Assembly (NCBI GenBank): GCA_951406725.2
Contig: OX597831.1
Coordinates: 83,390,001-83,454,000 of the forward strand
Origin: Octopus vulgaris
Taxonomy: Eukaryota
DNA: 64,000 bases
Direction of reading: 5' to 3'
Shown: positions 40,369 to 54,662 of the stretch, one piece after another
How the letters are laid out: each line of letters begins with the position of its first letter
Position numbering within the stretch: the first letter of the stretch is position 1
The notes under the pieces: generated by a model
What the model was told of the DNA's origin: nothing
Databases searched by the model: none
Seen by the model: the letters and a program-made list of their open reading frames with translations, nothing else
Made by a program: the position numbers and the translations under genes

Positions 40369-41096
40369 GTGCAGAAGACATTGAGATCTCTGAATCCACT
40401 ACGTACATAGTCGTACATAGACACACTGAACACAAGTTCCTTATCTCTCTTTCGCTCTCTCTTTCTTTCTCTCTTTCATACGCTTGCGCACACACATACA
40501 CGTACACACACACACACACACGCGCGCTTATAATAACAGGGCTATGGATCATCAATGAAGGAAGCAGCAGCTTTAATCGCGAAATAGGAATGAGGGTGGT
40601 GGTTGGACGAGACTGAGATTCCTATAGCAACCGTCCTTTAGTGTGGATTGATTGATAAGGGGAAGGAAATATGACCAATTTTATTGCAACTCATAGATTT
40701 CTTCTGACGTAGGAAGAAAAAAAATTCTCTGAAGAACATCCTGAAGATAAACACGAAGCTATGTGATGGTGCTGAGGAAGTTTAATGTAAAATATTGGCT
40801 GAAGTTGTCTTCCATAATTGGATCACTTTAACCTTAATTGTTCCTTTATTTGTGAAGCCTACGATGATAGACATTTTGTCAAATACTGTGCCGTTAGAAA
40901 TCATTCTAAAACTTGCTGTTTTCTTTAGTTTAAAACTGTTTCTCTTGGATTACGAAGTTTTCAAGATTTGCCTTAAATTCACAATGCTAGCAGCAGCAAT
41001 AGCTGAAACACTTTCACAAAAACCGTTATAATTAACTTAATACGAATATAATATCATATTATGTAAATATGATAAATTTTATATATTTCCTTTTAC

Positions 41097-41271
41097 TATA
41101 GGCACAAGGCCTGAGATCTTTGAGTACCCAACTGTTACTTATTTTATCGACCCAGGAAGGATGAAAGGCAAAGTTGGACTCAGCGGAATTTGAACTGAGA
41201 ACGTAAAGACAGATGAATTACCGCTAAGCATTTTGCCCGGAGTGCTAATGATTCTGCCAGCTCGCCACCTT
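41097..41271 (-). mobile_element. tRNA-related SINE
   Basis: Minus strand starts AAGGTGGCGAGCTGGCAGAATCATTAGCAC, has the B-box-like GTTCAAATTCC and ends in CAGGCCTTGTGCCTATAG. Related copies at 29578, 35215 and 55596. Confidence 0.82.
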
Positions 41272-41313
41272 GTGAGAAATAATAATAATATCATATTAAT
41301 ATGACGTTATCTA

Positions 41314-41417
<104 letters not shown>

Positions 41418-41453
41418 GTAGGTAGATAGATAGATAGATAGATAGATAGATAT

Positions 41454-41520
<67 letters not shown>

Positions 41521-42335
41521 TACTTTGTGGTAGTTAACAATGCAGTAGTGAAGATAAGAGTCCCCAAGCGAGTATCGAATCTTTGTATATTTGACTTCCA
41601 CGAGTTAATATCATTACGCCAGCAAAGACCTCTCATGGAAAATAGGATGTGGTGACAATCCTGCTTGTCTCAATAATATCATATATTTGTTTTGAAAATA
41701 CATTAAGAAATAGAAACGAAAGCGTCAAACGTGACGGCCGGAGGGGAATTTTTCCTGGATGTTGTCTATTTTCTCGGAAATGGACAAAACTATTTGGTAA
41801 TGGAGAAATCACAAATAAATAGGAAATAAAATGTTTAAAAAAACTTTAAAAAATAAATCAAACACGTCTATTGATTAAAAAGACAAACTTTGATGGTAAA
41901 TTGTATAAAGGTTAATCTTTTATAATTTCATTTAGGATAATTGCAATTAGCTGAGTTTTTAGTCTCGCTACAATTAGCCATTATTTTTTGTTCGTGATTT
42001 CACCAATAGAAAATGTTGTCATGGAATGAAAATATTTGTAAAAGCTGGCAACAGTCTGTGCGTCGCACAACGAAGCACATAGCGTCAGTAATATATGTGT
42101 GTATACGTGTTTGTATGATTTTCAGAGTGTGTATTTAAGTAAGAAAAGGTGTGGGGTGTATGTGGATGGGAAGGTGTGTGTGTGTGTCTAAGATGAAGTG
42201 TTGTTAGTCAATACAAAATTCAAGACACCAACAAACATTAGTATTTAGCAGAATCAAAGGTATTAATCATATTAGTGCTGACTGGGTCCCCTTACAGCTT
42301 CTTCAACCAGACAGTGCGTGCGTGTGCGTATATGT

Positions 42336-42367
<32 letters not shown>

Positions 42368-42443
42368 ACGTATGTATGTATGTACCATCTATGAATCCAT
42401 AAGTCAGGAAAACAAGCACTAGTATTTGTCAGTAGAGCTGGCT

Positions 42444-43425
42444 TATTAATCGAAGTATTCGGTATATATATTCATTACGGCTGAACTTATCATTCGGTTT
42501 CGCATTAAAAGTTCAGCGGAGAGTTAGCTAACAGTCCGATTATGTAACCTTGCGCTCTTGAGAAATGGTAGTTATGGAATGAACTGTGGCAATTTCTCTC
42601 TATTTTTGGAGGTGAACAGACACATTCGGTTTGTGGTTGTTGTGAAAAAGACGATGAAACGAACCGAGGAAGGATTAAGTTAAGAGTTATGTTCCTTGGT
42701 ACCAAAAACACCATCTCTGTGGGTGCTGCAAGTCGGTAAGATATATCTGGAAGTTTATGGGAAATGTGTGTATCTTTAAGGTTGGTGCTCTTGTAGAAAT
42801 GGAATGTGTGTAGTGGTACTATATGTATAGTGTTTGCAGGGTGCGGGTGTTTCGAAAGATCACATGCACATCTGTGTTCGTTGGTACGTATTTTTTTTCT
42901 TTTATGTTTTGGTTAAATTCTTGGGACATTTATGTATGCATGCAATGTGTGTAGGAATGCAATATATGTGGGGAGGGGGGATTTTATTGGGGTGTGTGGA
43001 AAATGGTCCATCGGGTGGCTGTCGCTGTGTTAGGGTGAGTGTATATGTAAGTGCGTTTGTGTACGTCCTGGTCAAACTCATTTCCGGATTTCCAGGAGGG
43101 CCGAAGCTTGTAGGGCTGGTGATTTATACTCACGAGGGAGCACACAGGTATGTTAGGATGTGCTTCCTTTCATATGGGCAAGCGTTAAAAATTTCACTTC
43201 TGCTATTCAGGTAGATACTGAGAGCTCTTTAATATCGCTCTTTTCTCAGCCAGACACAATCTGCACATCCTGCTGCTATTAAAGTACGGTTTATATTTCT
43301 CCAGAGAGAAGGGCTCAGGGTTACATAATCGGACTGTTACCTAACACTCCGTTAAACTCCTAGTGCGAAACCGATTGGTAAAATCAGCCGTAATGCATAT
43401 ATAACACTGTACACTTCGACTAATA
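42444..43425 (-). mobile_element. Penelope-like element fragment with inverted partial pseudo-LTR
   Basis: Minus strand 43305-43153 reads KPYFNSSRMCRLCLAEKRAIL../LNSRSEIFNACPYERKHIL (PLE GIY-YIG tail). ~115-bp inverted repeats at 42444-42557 and 43311-43425. Confidence 0.8.
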
Positions 43426-43728
43426 CACGCGCGCGCGCACACACATGCATGCATACATACATACATACATACATGCATACATACATACATAAACACACAA
43501 TATATCAATCGTAGCTAAACTCGTCGCTGGCTGCTGTTCAACGGTGGTTGATTTGGCGAACAACCATTGAAACAGAGAGAGATTAATATTTGATTTTTCT
43601 GGTTTATTTACCTCACTTACAGTCATAGCACCGGTAACCTTTTGAGTCATTAAGTATTTTCAGCGATTCAATATGTCACTTTTAGGGGCTGAAATTGTAA
43701 CACTGACGTTCCTGTACAACCTTACTTA

Positions 43729-43797
<69 letters not shown>

Positions 43798-43851
43798 GAA
43801 TAAGGGTAGAAATTGATATTAATCAATTAAAACCAGTGGCCTAGCATATTA

Positions 43852-43904
<53 letters not shown>

Positions 43905-44315
43905 TTGCATACGCACCCGCGCGAACTCCCTCTTTCCCCACGCTGTCTCCTGTCGTAAGGTACCGTGAGAGAGGTTCCATCAAGCCTAATCTAACCAAGA
44001 CACGTCAGATTTTATTTCGGCTTCCCTCCGACTCCATCAAGAGTTGAAGGTCATATCTGGAGCGCGGCAAAGCATATTTGATAAAGTACAAATTGTTTTC
44101 CATTTGTACCGACAATGAGTTTATTGTGTCCGTTCTGGATGTTCTGATGAGGAACCGTGGGACTTTGAAATGGTCACTTGGCCTTTACCGGCTCATCAGG
44201 AATGTTTTATTTTATCAGTTCAGGAGAGAGAGAGGGTGGAAGAGAGAGAGAAGCAGAGAGAGAGACGGAAAGAGACAGAGAGAAACAGAGAAAGACATAA
44301 GTGAGGAAAAGGGAT

Positions 44316-44351
<36 letters not shown>

Positions 44352-45480
44352 TCACAGAAAGGTAAAGAGCGAGAAAGAGACTGAGACAGTGAATACGTGA
44401 GATAGATAGAGAGAGAGAGAGAGCAAGAGAAAAGGGAGAAAGAGAGTGACACAGAGAGAGAAGGAGAGTGCGAGAGAGAAGGAGAGAGTGCGAGAGAAAG
44501 AGAGAGTGAGAGACAGACAGCATGTGTCCGTGTGTGTGTGTGTGTGCGTGTGTGTATGAGAGAGAGAGAGAAAGGGAGAGAGAGTGTCTTGTGGTTTTTC
44601 TCAGAACATCTATTTACATAGCAAATTTATTGAACGCTCGCTTGTGTGAGTGTGTGTGCGCGCGCGCTCTGATGTGTTTTGTGTGTGTGCGTGTGGGTGT
44701 GTGCCTGTACGTGTGTGCGTGTGTGTGTTCATATCCCATTTATTTATCTCTTATTACATCACGTTTTCTTTACCTTCCACCTCCCACTGCCATCTTTCCC
44801 TTCTCCCCCTCCGCCTACAACCTCTGCCTCCTCACACATAAACATCCCACTTTCTTTCTCTTTTTTTTTTCACTCTCGCAATCTGACCCCCTCCCCCCCC
44901 CCCTCCTTGCTTCAATCACAGCCATTTTGCGTTTGTCTTGTTTATTTTCACACGTTTCACGTGCGTTGCTTGTATTTCTGTGGTTGTGGAAAAGATTCGT
45001 TGGCGAGTGTTATGGTGGCCTAAATGTTAGATTATGACCCAGAGGATGGCCTAAATGTCAAGTACTTGCAATCAAGAAGCTTGCAGAAGGTCATCAGAGA
45101 CAGTTTGTCAGTCAGTCAGCAAGAACTGGGTCAGCCATCATTCATTCATTTATTGCAACACCTCAACATTCCTTCTTCAAAGTTGTTATCAAAAGTCTGG
45201 TACATGGCAGCTGATAACGCGCACGTGCAAGTGTTTTGGCGTATCATGTATGTGTGTGTATGTGTATATGCATGTGTGTATGTATGTATGTATGTATGTA
45301 TGTATGTATGTATGTATGTATGTATGTGTGTAGTATGTATGTATGTATGTCGCACACACACACACATACGTAAGCCTATATTATCGATAGACAACAGTAT
45401 TACAAAAGTCTTAGAGTGCCTTCAGTAGATTAGAAAAAGTGTGTGTGCATATGTGTGTGTATGTCGATGTGTCTGTTTGT

Positions 45481-45548
<68 letters not shown>

Positions 45549-45918
45549 TTATATACGTGTCTATACCGTAATGGAGAAAGCTGCTTATTAATCAGGTATG
45601 TAACAATTACTAAAAGTACTAAAAGAAAGCAACATTAAAATCTTGACCGTCTGGAAATATTTTTATAAATTCAGGTTCTAAGAATTTCGATCTCTGAAGT
45701 TTATTGAATTTTTTTTAACTCCAAATTCTCGCAAATTTAAGCATTCATTGCATTCTCTGCTAATTCGTTGCAGGCAACATTTTGCGTTTTCATTTGCAAC
45801 AGTCTCTCATTCTCGCCTCTATTTTCATAAATGATAATTTAATAATAGCTATGTAACTTTTGTACGAGACAGAATTTCAAGAATATTATCAGTTCCGGGC
45901 TTTGTTAAATGAATATTT

Positions 45919-47004
45919 GCTAAATCTATAGTTTCACACCAGACTCGATTTCGGTAGTAAATAATTTTTCCCCGCGTTTTTTAGTTTTTTTTATTTTCCT
46001 TTTTGGTGCAATCGTCTTAGTTGACCTCATAAGCTGTCGGAAATGAATTTTTTCCGCGGAAAACGGAGGGGGTGGGGGTGAGACAGGACCTCGGTAATTT
46101 TTCCTTTCCGACCCCGTCTTGTGCGTTTTTTTTTTTTTTTCATTGCAATCGTCTTAATTGACCTCACAATGAGTAGGAAATGCGTTTTGTCCGCGGAAAA
46201 CGTAGGGGGTGGTGATGGGGCGGAACCTAGGACAGCCCTGTATATCTTCTGTTTCCGGATTTGTGTGGAATCGATCCTTTACTGGCGATCGGGGAAGGGT
46301 GTATATAATTTTGCCACCTCGTTAAAAATTGTTACTGCAAATTTTTGCTTGTTTTCTGTAGCAGAGATAAATAAATACCTGCCAAGGTACAGGTGTAGAT
46401 AGTTTGAAAGAACACCTGTCCTTTTCATCCATTCTTTTATATCTTGCCAAAAAGCGTTCGATGTTTTGTGTGTGTATGTGTGCATGTGTGGTGTCAACAA
46501 AAATTTTTTTTTTGTGGTTTATTATGTAATGTTGATAACCCAATGCTTGTATATCTTTGTAAGCCGCCCAAGAATCACTGTAGATAACTGAGCCAGGTTT
46601 GATGTATTTTTGAATTAATGAAAGCAATGTCGCTTTGTAACGCTTCTGACTGGTCAGAGGAATAACAAAATGGCGTTTGCTAATCCACTTAATCCCAGCA
46701 AACAGCCAAACATAAACATTTTAATTAGAATATACAATCTGTAAACGGAATTAACTGATTATATGTATGAGGTCAATTAAGACGATTGTAACGGGGAAAA
46801 AAGGAAAAGAACGCGGAAGACGGAGTCGGGAAGGGGAATTTCCGAGGTTCCACCCCCACCCCCTCCGTTTTCCGCTGAAAGAATGCATATCCAACAGCTT
46901 ATAAGGTCAACTAAGATGGCTGTACCCACCTCCCGCACAAAAAATACGCGGGAAAAAATTATTTAGTACCGAGATCGAGTCTGATGTGAAACTATAAATT
47001 TACC
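45919..47004 (-). mobile_element. Merlin-like (IS1595/ISXO2-related) DNA transposon, internally deleted
   Basis: ORF 46322-46627 reads IKPGSVIYSDSWAAY...GYQHYIINH..FV...HTQNIE. ~240-bp imperfect TIRs (45919-46166 / 46768-47004). 8-bp TSD gaatattt at 45911-45918 and 47005-47012. Confidence 0.88.
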
Positions 47005-47669
47005 GAATATTTTTGATAAAATGAAAATTTTTTAATCTAACGGAATAATTTTTAAGTGATTTTGTGTTGAATGAACGCATGCGATTACACAAAATAGCTG
47101 TATAATGTTGATACGAGGCACAATTTCCAGAATATTATCAGCTTCCGGAGTCTGATGAATGAATATTTTTGATAAATTGAAAAGTCTTTGATATACCGTT
47201 ATAATTTTTTTTTTTAATGAAGAAGTGATTTTGTTGGTATAGCTACTTGGAACGCTATAAGCCTTACAATAATAACTATGTGATCGCTGCTATTTCTAGC
47301 ACGCTAAACAAGATAGTTTTTAACGAGCTTTCATTTATATATATATAATATGCGACTGAAAGAGAAAATTTAGCAGCAAAGGCACAACGGCAGAGAGAAA
47401 GAAGGGCAAGTGAGGCAGATGAAACCAAGGCAAAGTAAGTGAAACAGATGCCTGAATATGCACGGAGACGTAGACGTTTCCGCTACACCTGACCGACGAG
47501 CGTATAAAATATTTCTACAAATGAGAGGGGGAAATGCACTCGCTTTATATTGTAGAGTAAAACGAAGGAGCCAGAAAGTGAGAAATTGGGTGGCAAAGGA
47601 GAAGATTTTCGCGTGCGCATGTATATACATACATACATACATACATACATACATACATACATACATACA

Positions 47670-47705
<36 letters not shown>

Positions 47706-47902
47706 TATATATATGATGGAGTTAAATAAGATTCGAGTAGAATGCTATGCAAAGCTCGTTCACAGTTAATGGCTGCTGGATATTATGATACAGTGGAAAG
47801 GTTAGTACGACTGGATATACATCAGGAATTTCATAGAATCCGTAGAGTTTGTATAATGTGATAAAATATGTGCATGCGCGCGTGCGTGTGTATTGTATGT
47901 GA

Positions 47903-47942
<40 letters not shown>

Positions 47943-48049
47943 AAGAAAATGAGAGGAATCAATGGCTATATTATGAACTTCATTAGCTTAAAGTTGTTTC
48001 TGCTGCCGGATGCAGTGGACTCATAGTTCAGTGCCTGAGTAACCCCTTA

Positions 48050-48490
48050 TAGTTTCACGGTCCACAGATCGTGCCCGGGCAAGGGCAGTGTGGATAATGA
48101 TGAGGGGATATCCACGTAGGATGAAGTTACGAGCCATGAGTTGGGACTGAGTCTCAAAGTGATGGTCGTCACTGCAAAGTCTGCGTAAACGGAGGAATTG
48201 GGAGTAGGGGATGAAGGGCTTGGTGTGGGTGGTGCGGGAGGAGAAGGAGAAGTTAAAGCAGGAGTGTGAGTCAGTGGATGGAGGTAGTGATGGCGGAATG
48301 GTGGATGCTGACGGAAGGGCTAGAGAGAGCGTAGGAGACTGCGAGGACAGGATGGAAGGATTGGGCAAAGGAGAGGAAGGAGTCCGGTTGTTCACAGCAG
48401 AGTGAGGTCGCGCCGATACAGCCATCGATATAACGACCGTATAGTTCAGGAATGGGACCAGTGAATTCTGAGAATATTTGGGTATGGATC
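48050..48490 (-). mobile_element. Penelope-like element reverse transcriptase fragment
   Basis: PELYGRYIDG(D)..F..SFHP and HTKPFIPYSQFLRLRRLCSDD..F..RGYP are typical PLE RT core and thumb motifs. Confidence 0.88.
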
Positions 48491-49883
48491 AGCTTCACGT
48501 CTGGAAGTAGATAGTTATGTTCCACGGCTAAGTGAAGGACTCTTTAACTTTGCTTAGCCATCATCCAGAATTGGTGTCTCAATAAAAAAACAGTGGTTGG
48601 GGATGAAATTTATACCAAATATGTGACGCTGTGAAGCAAACATTGTATCGGTTATTTTTGAAAAGGTAAACAGTGTAGAGTGACGGTACCTGTCTTTTAA
48701 ATGGCGTAAAATTGTGTTGAGTGAGCGAAGTCTGGGAGATTTGAATTTTTATATTAGGCATATCATGTCGCCGGGTACTGATATATTGGCAGCAATTATT
48801 ATTGTTTATCCTGTTGTTGTTCCTTAAACTATAAGTTTCAAGGGATAATCAGAGGTGGTTTTTGCAAAAAACTGACTGACATGCATCGCAGAGGGAGAAA
48901 TAATTTATCAGCTTCAATGCTCATTTCCCATTTATTCAGCTCATAAACTCTGGAAATGTTTTAGCTCAGTATTTTCCATTCTTTAAAATATATTCTTTCA
49001 GCAAAACCAAACCATAATAAATTTCAGGACAAATTAGTCAGAAATGATGAAATCAGTTTTTAAAAAGGAAGGTTATTTGAAACAGGGCCTTTAACTTTGC
49101 TACAAAACCAAATATTCGTAGAGAGTTTTGTTGATCGAATTGACTATTAGTACCTGAGTAGAACTTATTCTAGGGTCCCTGACAAGATCAAATGCAAAGC
49201 CAGCCATGTTGAAATCTGGATGTACAGCTCAAAGTACAGCTCAAAGTACAATCTGGATGTACAGCTCAAAGTACATAACTAAATAATGCATGCAACTTAT
49301 GTAGCTCGAGCATTACCTGTATATCGCCATCTATTATCATTTCACTCACTGTTACAGGAAATATACCATTAAACTGATAATAGTGTTTTTTCCTTTTTAG
49401 TGCTCCAAGATTATTTAAAGAAACCTTTGTAAGATTGATTCAATCGACCACACTTCTGGCAATCAAATCTAAATCCTTGTGATTGGGGTAAGAAACTAAT
49501 CTCAGAGAAAAAGAAAGCCAGAGATAGGAAGATGTACAATTATGTCTTTAGACCCGTGTCTTCGTTGGTGTGATACTCCTGTGCGATTCGAATTCAGAAC
49601 GTAAAGGGGCAAAAGTAAATACTGAAAGGTATTTAGTGTCCCTCGCGAGTGAAGGTTAAGGTCCAGTTTCAATTTCCAGTTGATACTAGTTCATAGTTCA
49701 CTTTCTCTGCTAATACATTTTCAAATAAGATGAACACCAAACACTTCTATCACTTCTATCACCACCACAGCACGAACTCCTTTCTACATCATATTTTTAA
49801 TTTAAAAGTCCAAGTTGAAACCTATTCCAACTTTTAAGACTAGAATTAATCACCATTTTTTCATTGTCTCTATGACTGTAGCA

Positions 49884-49937
<54 letters not shown>

Positions 49938-50526
49938 TATTATTATTATTATTATTATCATTAATATTATTATTACTACTACAACTACTACTACTATTAA
50001 AATGCTTTGCCTCGTTACATTGTTAGCGCCCACTTTATTGATAGCTTTCCCCGCAGCAGGCGGCCCTGTGTATCGCCTCGCCAGTCAAGATTTATATGTT
50101 ATTCAACCTTCCCCTCCACATAAAATAGGGACAATTTGTCTGATACTCATAACTTATCTGTTCATTCCATAGTAAAAATGGTTTCTAATATCGGATGAAG
50201 ACTGCAAACTGCATCACACTTCCTGAAATGCCTGCATAAATTATCAATAGGAAGAAGAGATAAAGAAAGAGAAAAAGAATATAGAAGAGGAGAATAGTTT
50301 CAGGGAGAAAAGCACCATTTGCTTACTCCAGCTTGGGCTTTTTTTATCAGCCACTGAAACAAGTGTTTTTCGTTTGTCTCTAATTGACGACTCGGAATAA
50401 AGAACTTTAATTAACGACGTTTGAATACCTTAACTGAATGGAAACAACAGCCCCACCCCCACCCTCACCACCACCAGTATCACTATCGTTACAGCCACCC
50501 CCACCATCACTACTATCATCGCTATC

Positions 50527-50574
<48 letters not shown>

Positions 50575-50983
50575 AACAACGGGGATGACATCAACAACAA
50601 GGTTAGAAATTTAAAAGAAAGGAAATTACTTCCTTTTTCCCTGACATTTTCGTCATTTTAATTCTTGCTCAGAGCCAGAAATATTCACAACCGAATAACA
50701 ATTGAAACAAGGAAGACACAAAAGATTAACAACAACAACAACAACAACAACAATAATAATAATAATAATAATATATTAATTATATATTAATTATATTAGC
50801 TTTTAATTTTGAAAACAAAAGAACATTTGAGAAATTTCCCTTTGCTGATAGCAGAAAATTCTAGAATAAAAAACTGCAGCAAATTTGTAAGAAGAAGGAA
50901 ATAGTTTTTAAGAGTTTAAAAGGTTGTTATGTATAGTGTCATAATAGCGAAACTGTAGTCACATATAGAATTGTAAAAGTTTT

Positions 50984-51023
<40 letters not shown>

Positions 51024-52819
51024 GGTGGTGGTGGTGGTGGTGGTGGTGCTGTTGCTGGTGCTGGTAGGGGTTATGAAATAGTGTTAGGAAGAAAGAAGAC
51101 GAAGGATGCGAAGACAGAATTTAAACCACAAAAAAATAAAATTTATATTTTAGAATAAAACTAACTTTAGAATGGAGTGATAATGTATGTGTGTGTGTGT
51201 GTGTGTGTGTGTATGAAAGATGGAGAGTGTTTGTGAGTGTGTATGAGTGAGAGAGACAAAGTGTGTGTGTGTGTGTGTGCGCGTGTTTGTGTGTGTCTAT
51301 GTGTGTGTGTGTGTGTGTGTGTTAGTGTGCTTATGTATGTGCATTTGTGTGTGTATGTGAATAATGTGCAAATCATATAAAATTATAAAATAAATATAAA
51401 TACGGATTTACTATTAGTTGATGAAATATACAAAACTATGAAAATAGTTGAAAGTCGCCCGTATTAAGTTTTGTGTCAGTTTTGTGTCTCTTCACATCCA
51501 AAATACTGTTTTCGTTGTTGAGTTAAAAACTATATTTCCGGTTTATGTATAGCCATACATAGTATTTATCTTTCGTCAACCTATCGTCGAGACACGAATG
51601 TTTCCATTTATAACAGCATTTATAATAAAGATTATATTCTTATATACCGAAGAATGGAAAATTTAAAAGCATTTTATGTAGTTAGCAATATCTTGGCCTG
51701 ATGACAGTATTTCAGAAATGATGGTGAGTTTCGATATCAGTGTTATATTTTAATGTTGTCATAAAACGGCAGCAATAAACGCCAACACCAACGACTTCGT
51801 CCAGAGGATGAGATCGAGTATCTTTGATAGTGGATTTGAGAACATTTTTAGTTTGTTTGAAAGAAACCGCTAGGAATATAGGTGAAATATCCGGTGTGCA
51901 TTGGAATCCCACAAAAAATCTCCATCCTTGTTTTATCGATATATACAGATAAATGCAAATGCGAAGTCTGTTACGGAATAGATATTTTAATTTATGTGCG
52001 AAAGATACAATGTTATGACAGGTAACTGAGTCTTCAACGAGAGTATGAAGCCAACCTCAGTCGTACATCCGAATGGGGCAAAATAATGCATCAAATTTAT
52101 GAAATACATACACACATATATAAAGTTAAAGTAGCGAGGAAAGGCAAACAATTAGGCAAGACTTGACAAAGGCATTTAATTTAATTTAATTCAATTTAAT
52201 CTAATCTAATCTAATCTAATCTAGTTACGTAACGAATGATAAAAAAAGTGTCTCTGACAGCTCTTTCTGGGATATTTCAGCTATTGGACCATCGGATCGA
52301 GCGAAGACTCGGACATCGGAGAGATATAGGTTAGACAGTGGAAAAAAAGTTCCTCATCAATGATATCTGTTGTGGTTCATAATGTCCAAGAGGATGGAGG
52401 GGTCCAATTAAATTCAGTTAGATCGGGTATTCCTTTTTGAAATCTATGTTCAGAAAGAATGGTTAGGTAGTACACTATAGTGAGTGAAAAGAAAAGAATA
52501 ATGCTGGCAATTCTAAAGTTGCACAAATACTGAGAAGAGTATTATATATATATGTGTATTTATGTATGTATAATTTTATTATATTTTTTTATTTTATCTA
52601 AAAGTGCTTAATTTTTATTGAACACATCAGCTTAACCAGAATCTGATATTGATAAATAATTCAATCACACTTGGAAGCTATATAAATACAAAGCTAACGA
52701 CATCTCCAAATATTCTGAAACAGTTTCCAGGAGGAAAACTTACATTTAATAATTAATAAGTACCACTAATAGAAGCAGAGAAGGGGTAATTATCATTATC
52801 ATCATTATTGTTGTTATTA

Positions 52820-53165
52820 TGAAAGACTCTTGGATAGTTCTCAATTACCAGTTATTCTTCACTTGAAAGCAGGCAAAACCAAATCACCAAAGGTTTCAAG
52901 TAGTGCCTTCTCCTGTGACTCAAAGAGACAATACTCTCCTTAGAATGTGAACTGTACCCAAAAATGCTGTCTTCTGAATCCGAGCCTGACAGCAGCTCCA
53001 ATATTCTTAATATGTTTTTCAAAGCCCCTGGAAACTGCTCCGAATGCTCCAATTATCACCGATATCACCATTACGTACCTCATGCCCCATAACTTTCCTA
53101 TCTCGTCCCGCCGTGGCTGGTATTTCTCAATCGTTTCTGTTTTCTTACATTTCACCCTCGAATAG
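52820..53165 (-). mobile_element. R4/Dong-like RLE C-terminus and 3' UTR fragment
   Basis: EKYQPRRDEIGKLWGMRYVMVISVIIGAFGAV, with a taa/tga-type tail at ~52788-52820. Confidence 0.75.
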
Positions 53166-53174
53166 CCTCATTAT

Positions 53175-53270
<96 letters not shown>

Positions 53271-53272
<2 letters not shown>

Positions 53273-53340
53273 GTTTGACTTTTGCTTTACATTTGTACAA
53301 GTGGGCTCCAAGTCTCACCCAGAAACCTCAAGAGACAACA
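53271..53340 (-). mobile_element. Isolated 3' UTR of Dong-like subfamily A with (TAA)n tail
   Basis: The reverse complement matches 1175-1245. (TTA)n at 53220-53270 lies at its 3' end. Confidence 0.8.
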
Positions 53341-54621
53341 GGTTGGAAGTTCATGTTGGTGTTATGCCTAGGGTGCCATATATTTGGTGCTTTCCGTACC
53401 CCTAGGGTAGAGGAGCTCATTATATGCATTCCTAGATTTCAGGCCTTGTACCTATTGTAGAAATGATTGTTATTATGATTATCATTATTTGAATAGAGGG
53501 TTGTGAGAGGTAGAGGGGTAAGAAAGGAAAAGAGAAAGGGCAGTGGGAAGGGGAAGAGGGAGAGAGAGAGAGTAAGAGAGAGAGAGATACAAGCAGATAG
53601 ATAGACAGACCGACAGAGATAGAGGAACCAAAAGCAAATCTGAAAGTGGAGAAAGGCCTACATAAAAGTTTAAACAACAGATCGGAATTCAACGAAAGAA
53701 GACGGGTAAAGAGAGCATCTTTAACAGACATTCAAACATGTTTGTATATGTGGGTGTGTATGTAGGTATGTATGTAGGTATGTATACACATATACTTTCA
53801 GACAAACACACACACAAACAAACACGCGCGCGCGTACATATATATATACATGCATTGCATATATATATATATATGTTTAATTAGAGGATATGTTAACCTG
53901 ATGAAGGGATGGTTTCATCCAAGGCAATATTGATTCAATACCTAGTATTTAGGGGAATTAACTTACTTCAAATAATAGCTCTCTATATAAAACATACAGT
54001 TTACATCCATTTGAAAGAAGAAAAGGAAATGGAGATTAGGAAATTAATAACTGTTTTTTATTAACAACAAATTGGTCATCTTCGCTGTTTCAATTAATAC
54101 TTAATAATTTAATTACAAATTTGTACATTAAATTTACAATTATGTGACATGAGTATAATTTCATCAGAGGAAAAACGTTGTACCTTTGGATGTTATACGT
54201 GGGCTTATCAGTTCACTTCAGCAGACTGAATGTTAAGATTTGTATTGTTATTTGCTTGGGTGAGGGGTGTGTGTGTATATATATATATATTTAAATATGC
54301 ACGTGTATTTTTCATGGATATTTAGAAGACTCACCTTAAAAATAGAGTACAGAATCTACCCCCTTTGCACCTGGTTAACAAGGTAAGATGATTGAGATTC
54401 CGTCATTTCTTGGTTTATGGGGGTCGGTCTGTCGTGTGACCACGCTATCTTTTCGATAAATCTCTATAAACCTTTTGTTATACACTTCATTGCACATACA
54501 ACTGAGATAAGATAATCAATAGCTGTAGGATTTGCGCTGGTCGAAGATGAGTTCCTGTTTTTCATCAAATGAAAAAGCGTTCACATAGGTTGGCTATCCC
54601 AACTCGCCAAACTTACACTAC

Positions 54622-54662
<41 letters not shown>

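Noticed and set aside
44140-44203. CTGATGAG...GAAA plus downstream CTCATCAG
   Set aside because: No convincing stems I-III; only a short inverted repeat.
47352-47490. Charged peptide (AQRQRERRASEADETK) reminiscent of a Helitron N-terminus
   Set aside because: Too short and low in complexity, with no Rep or helicase motifs nearby.
53895-53925. CTGATGAAGGGATG-GTTT-CATCC half hammerhead
   Set aside because: No correctly placed GAAA, stem III or closing stem I was found; at most a remnant.
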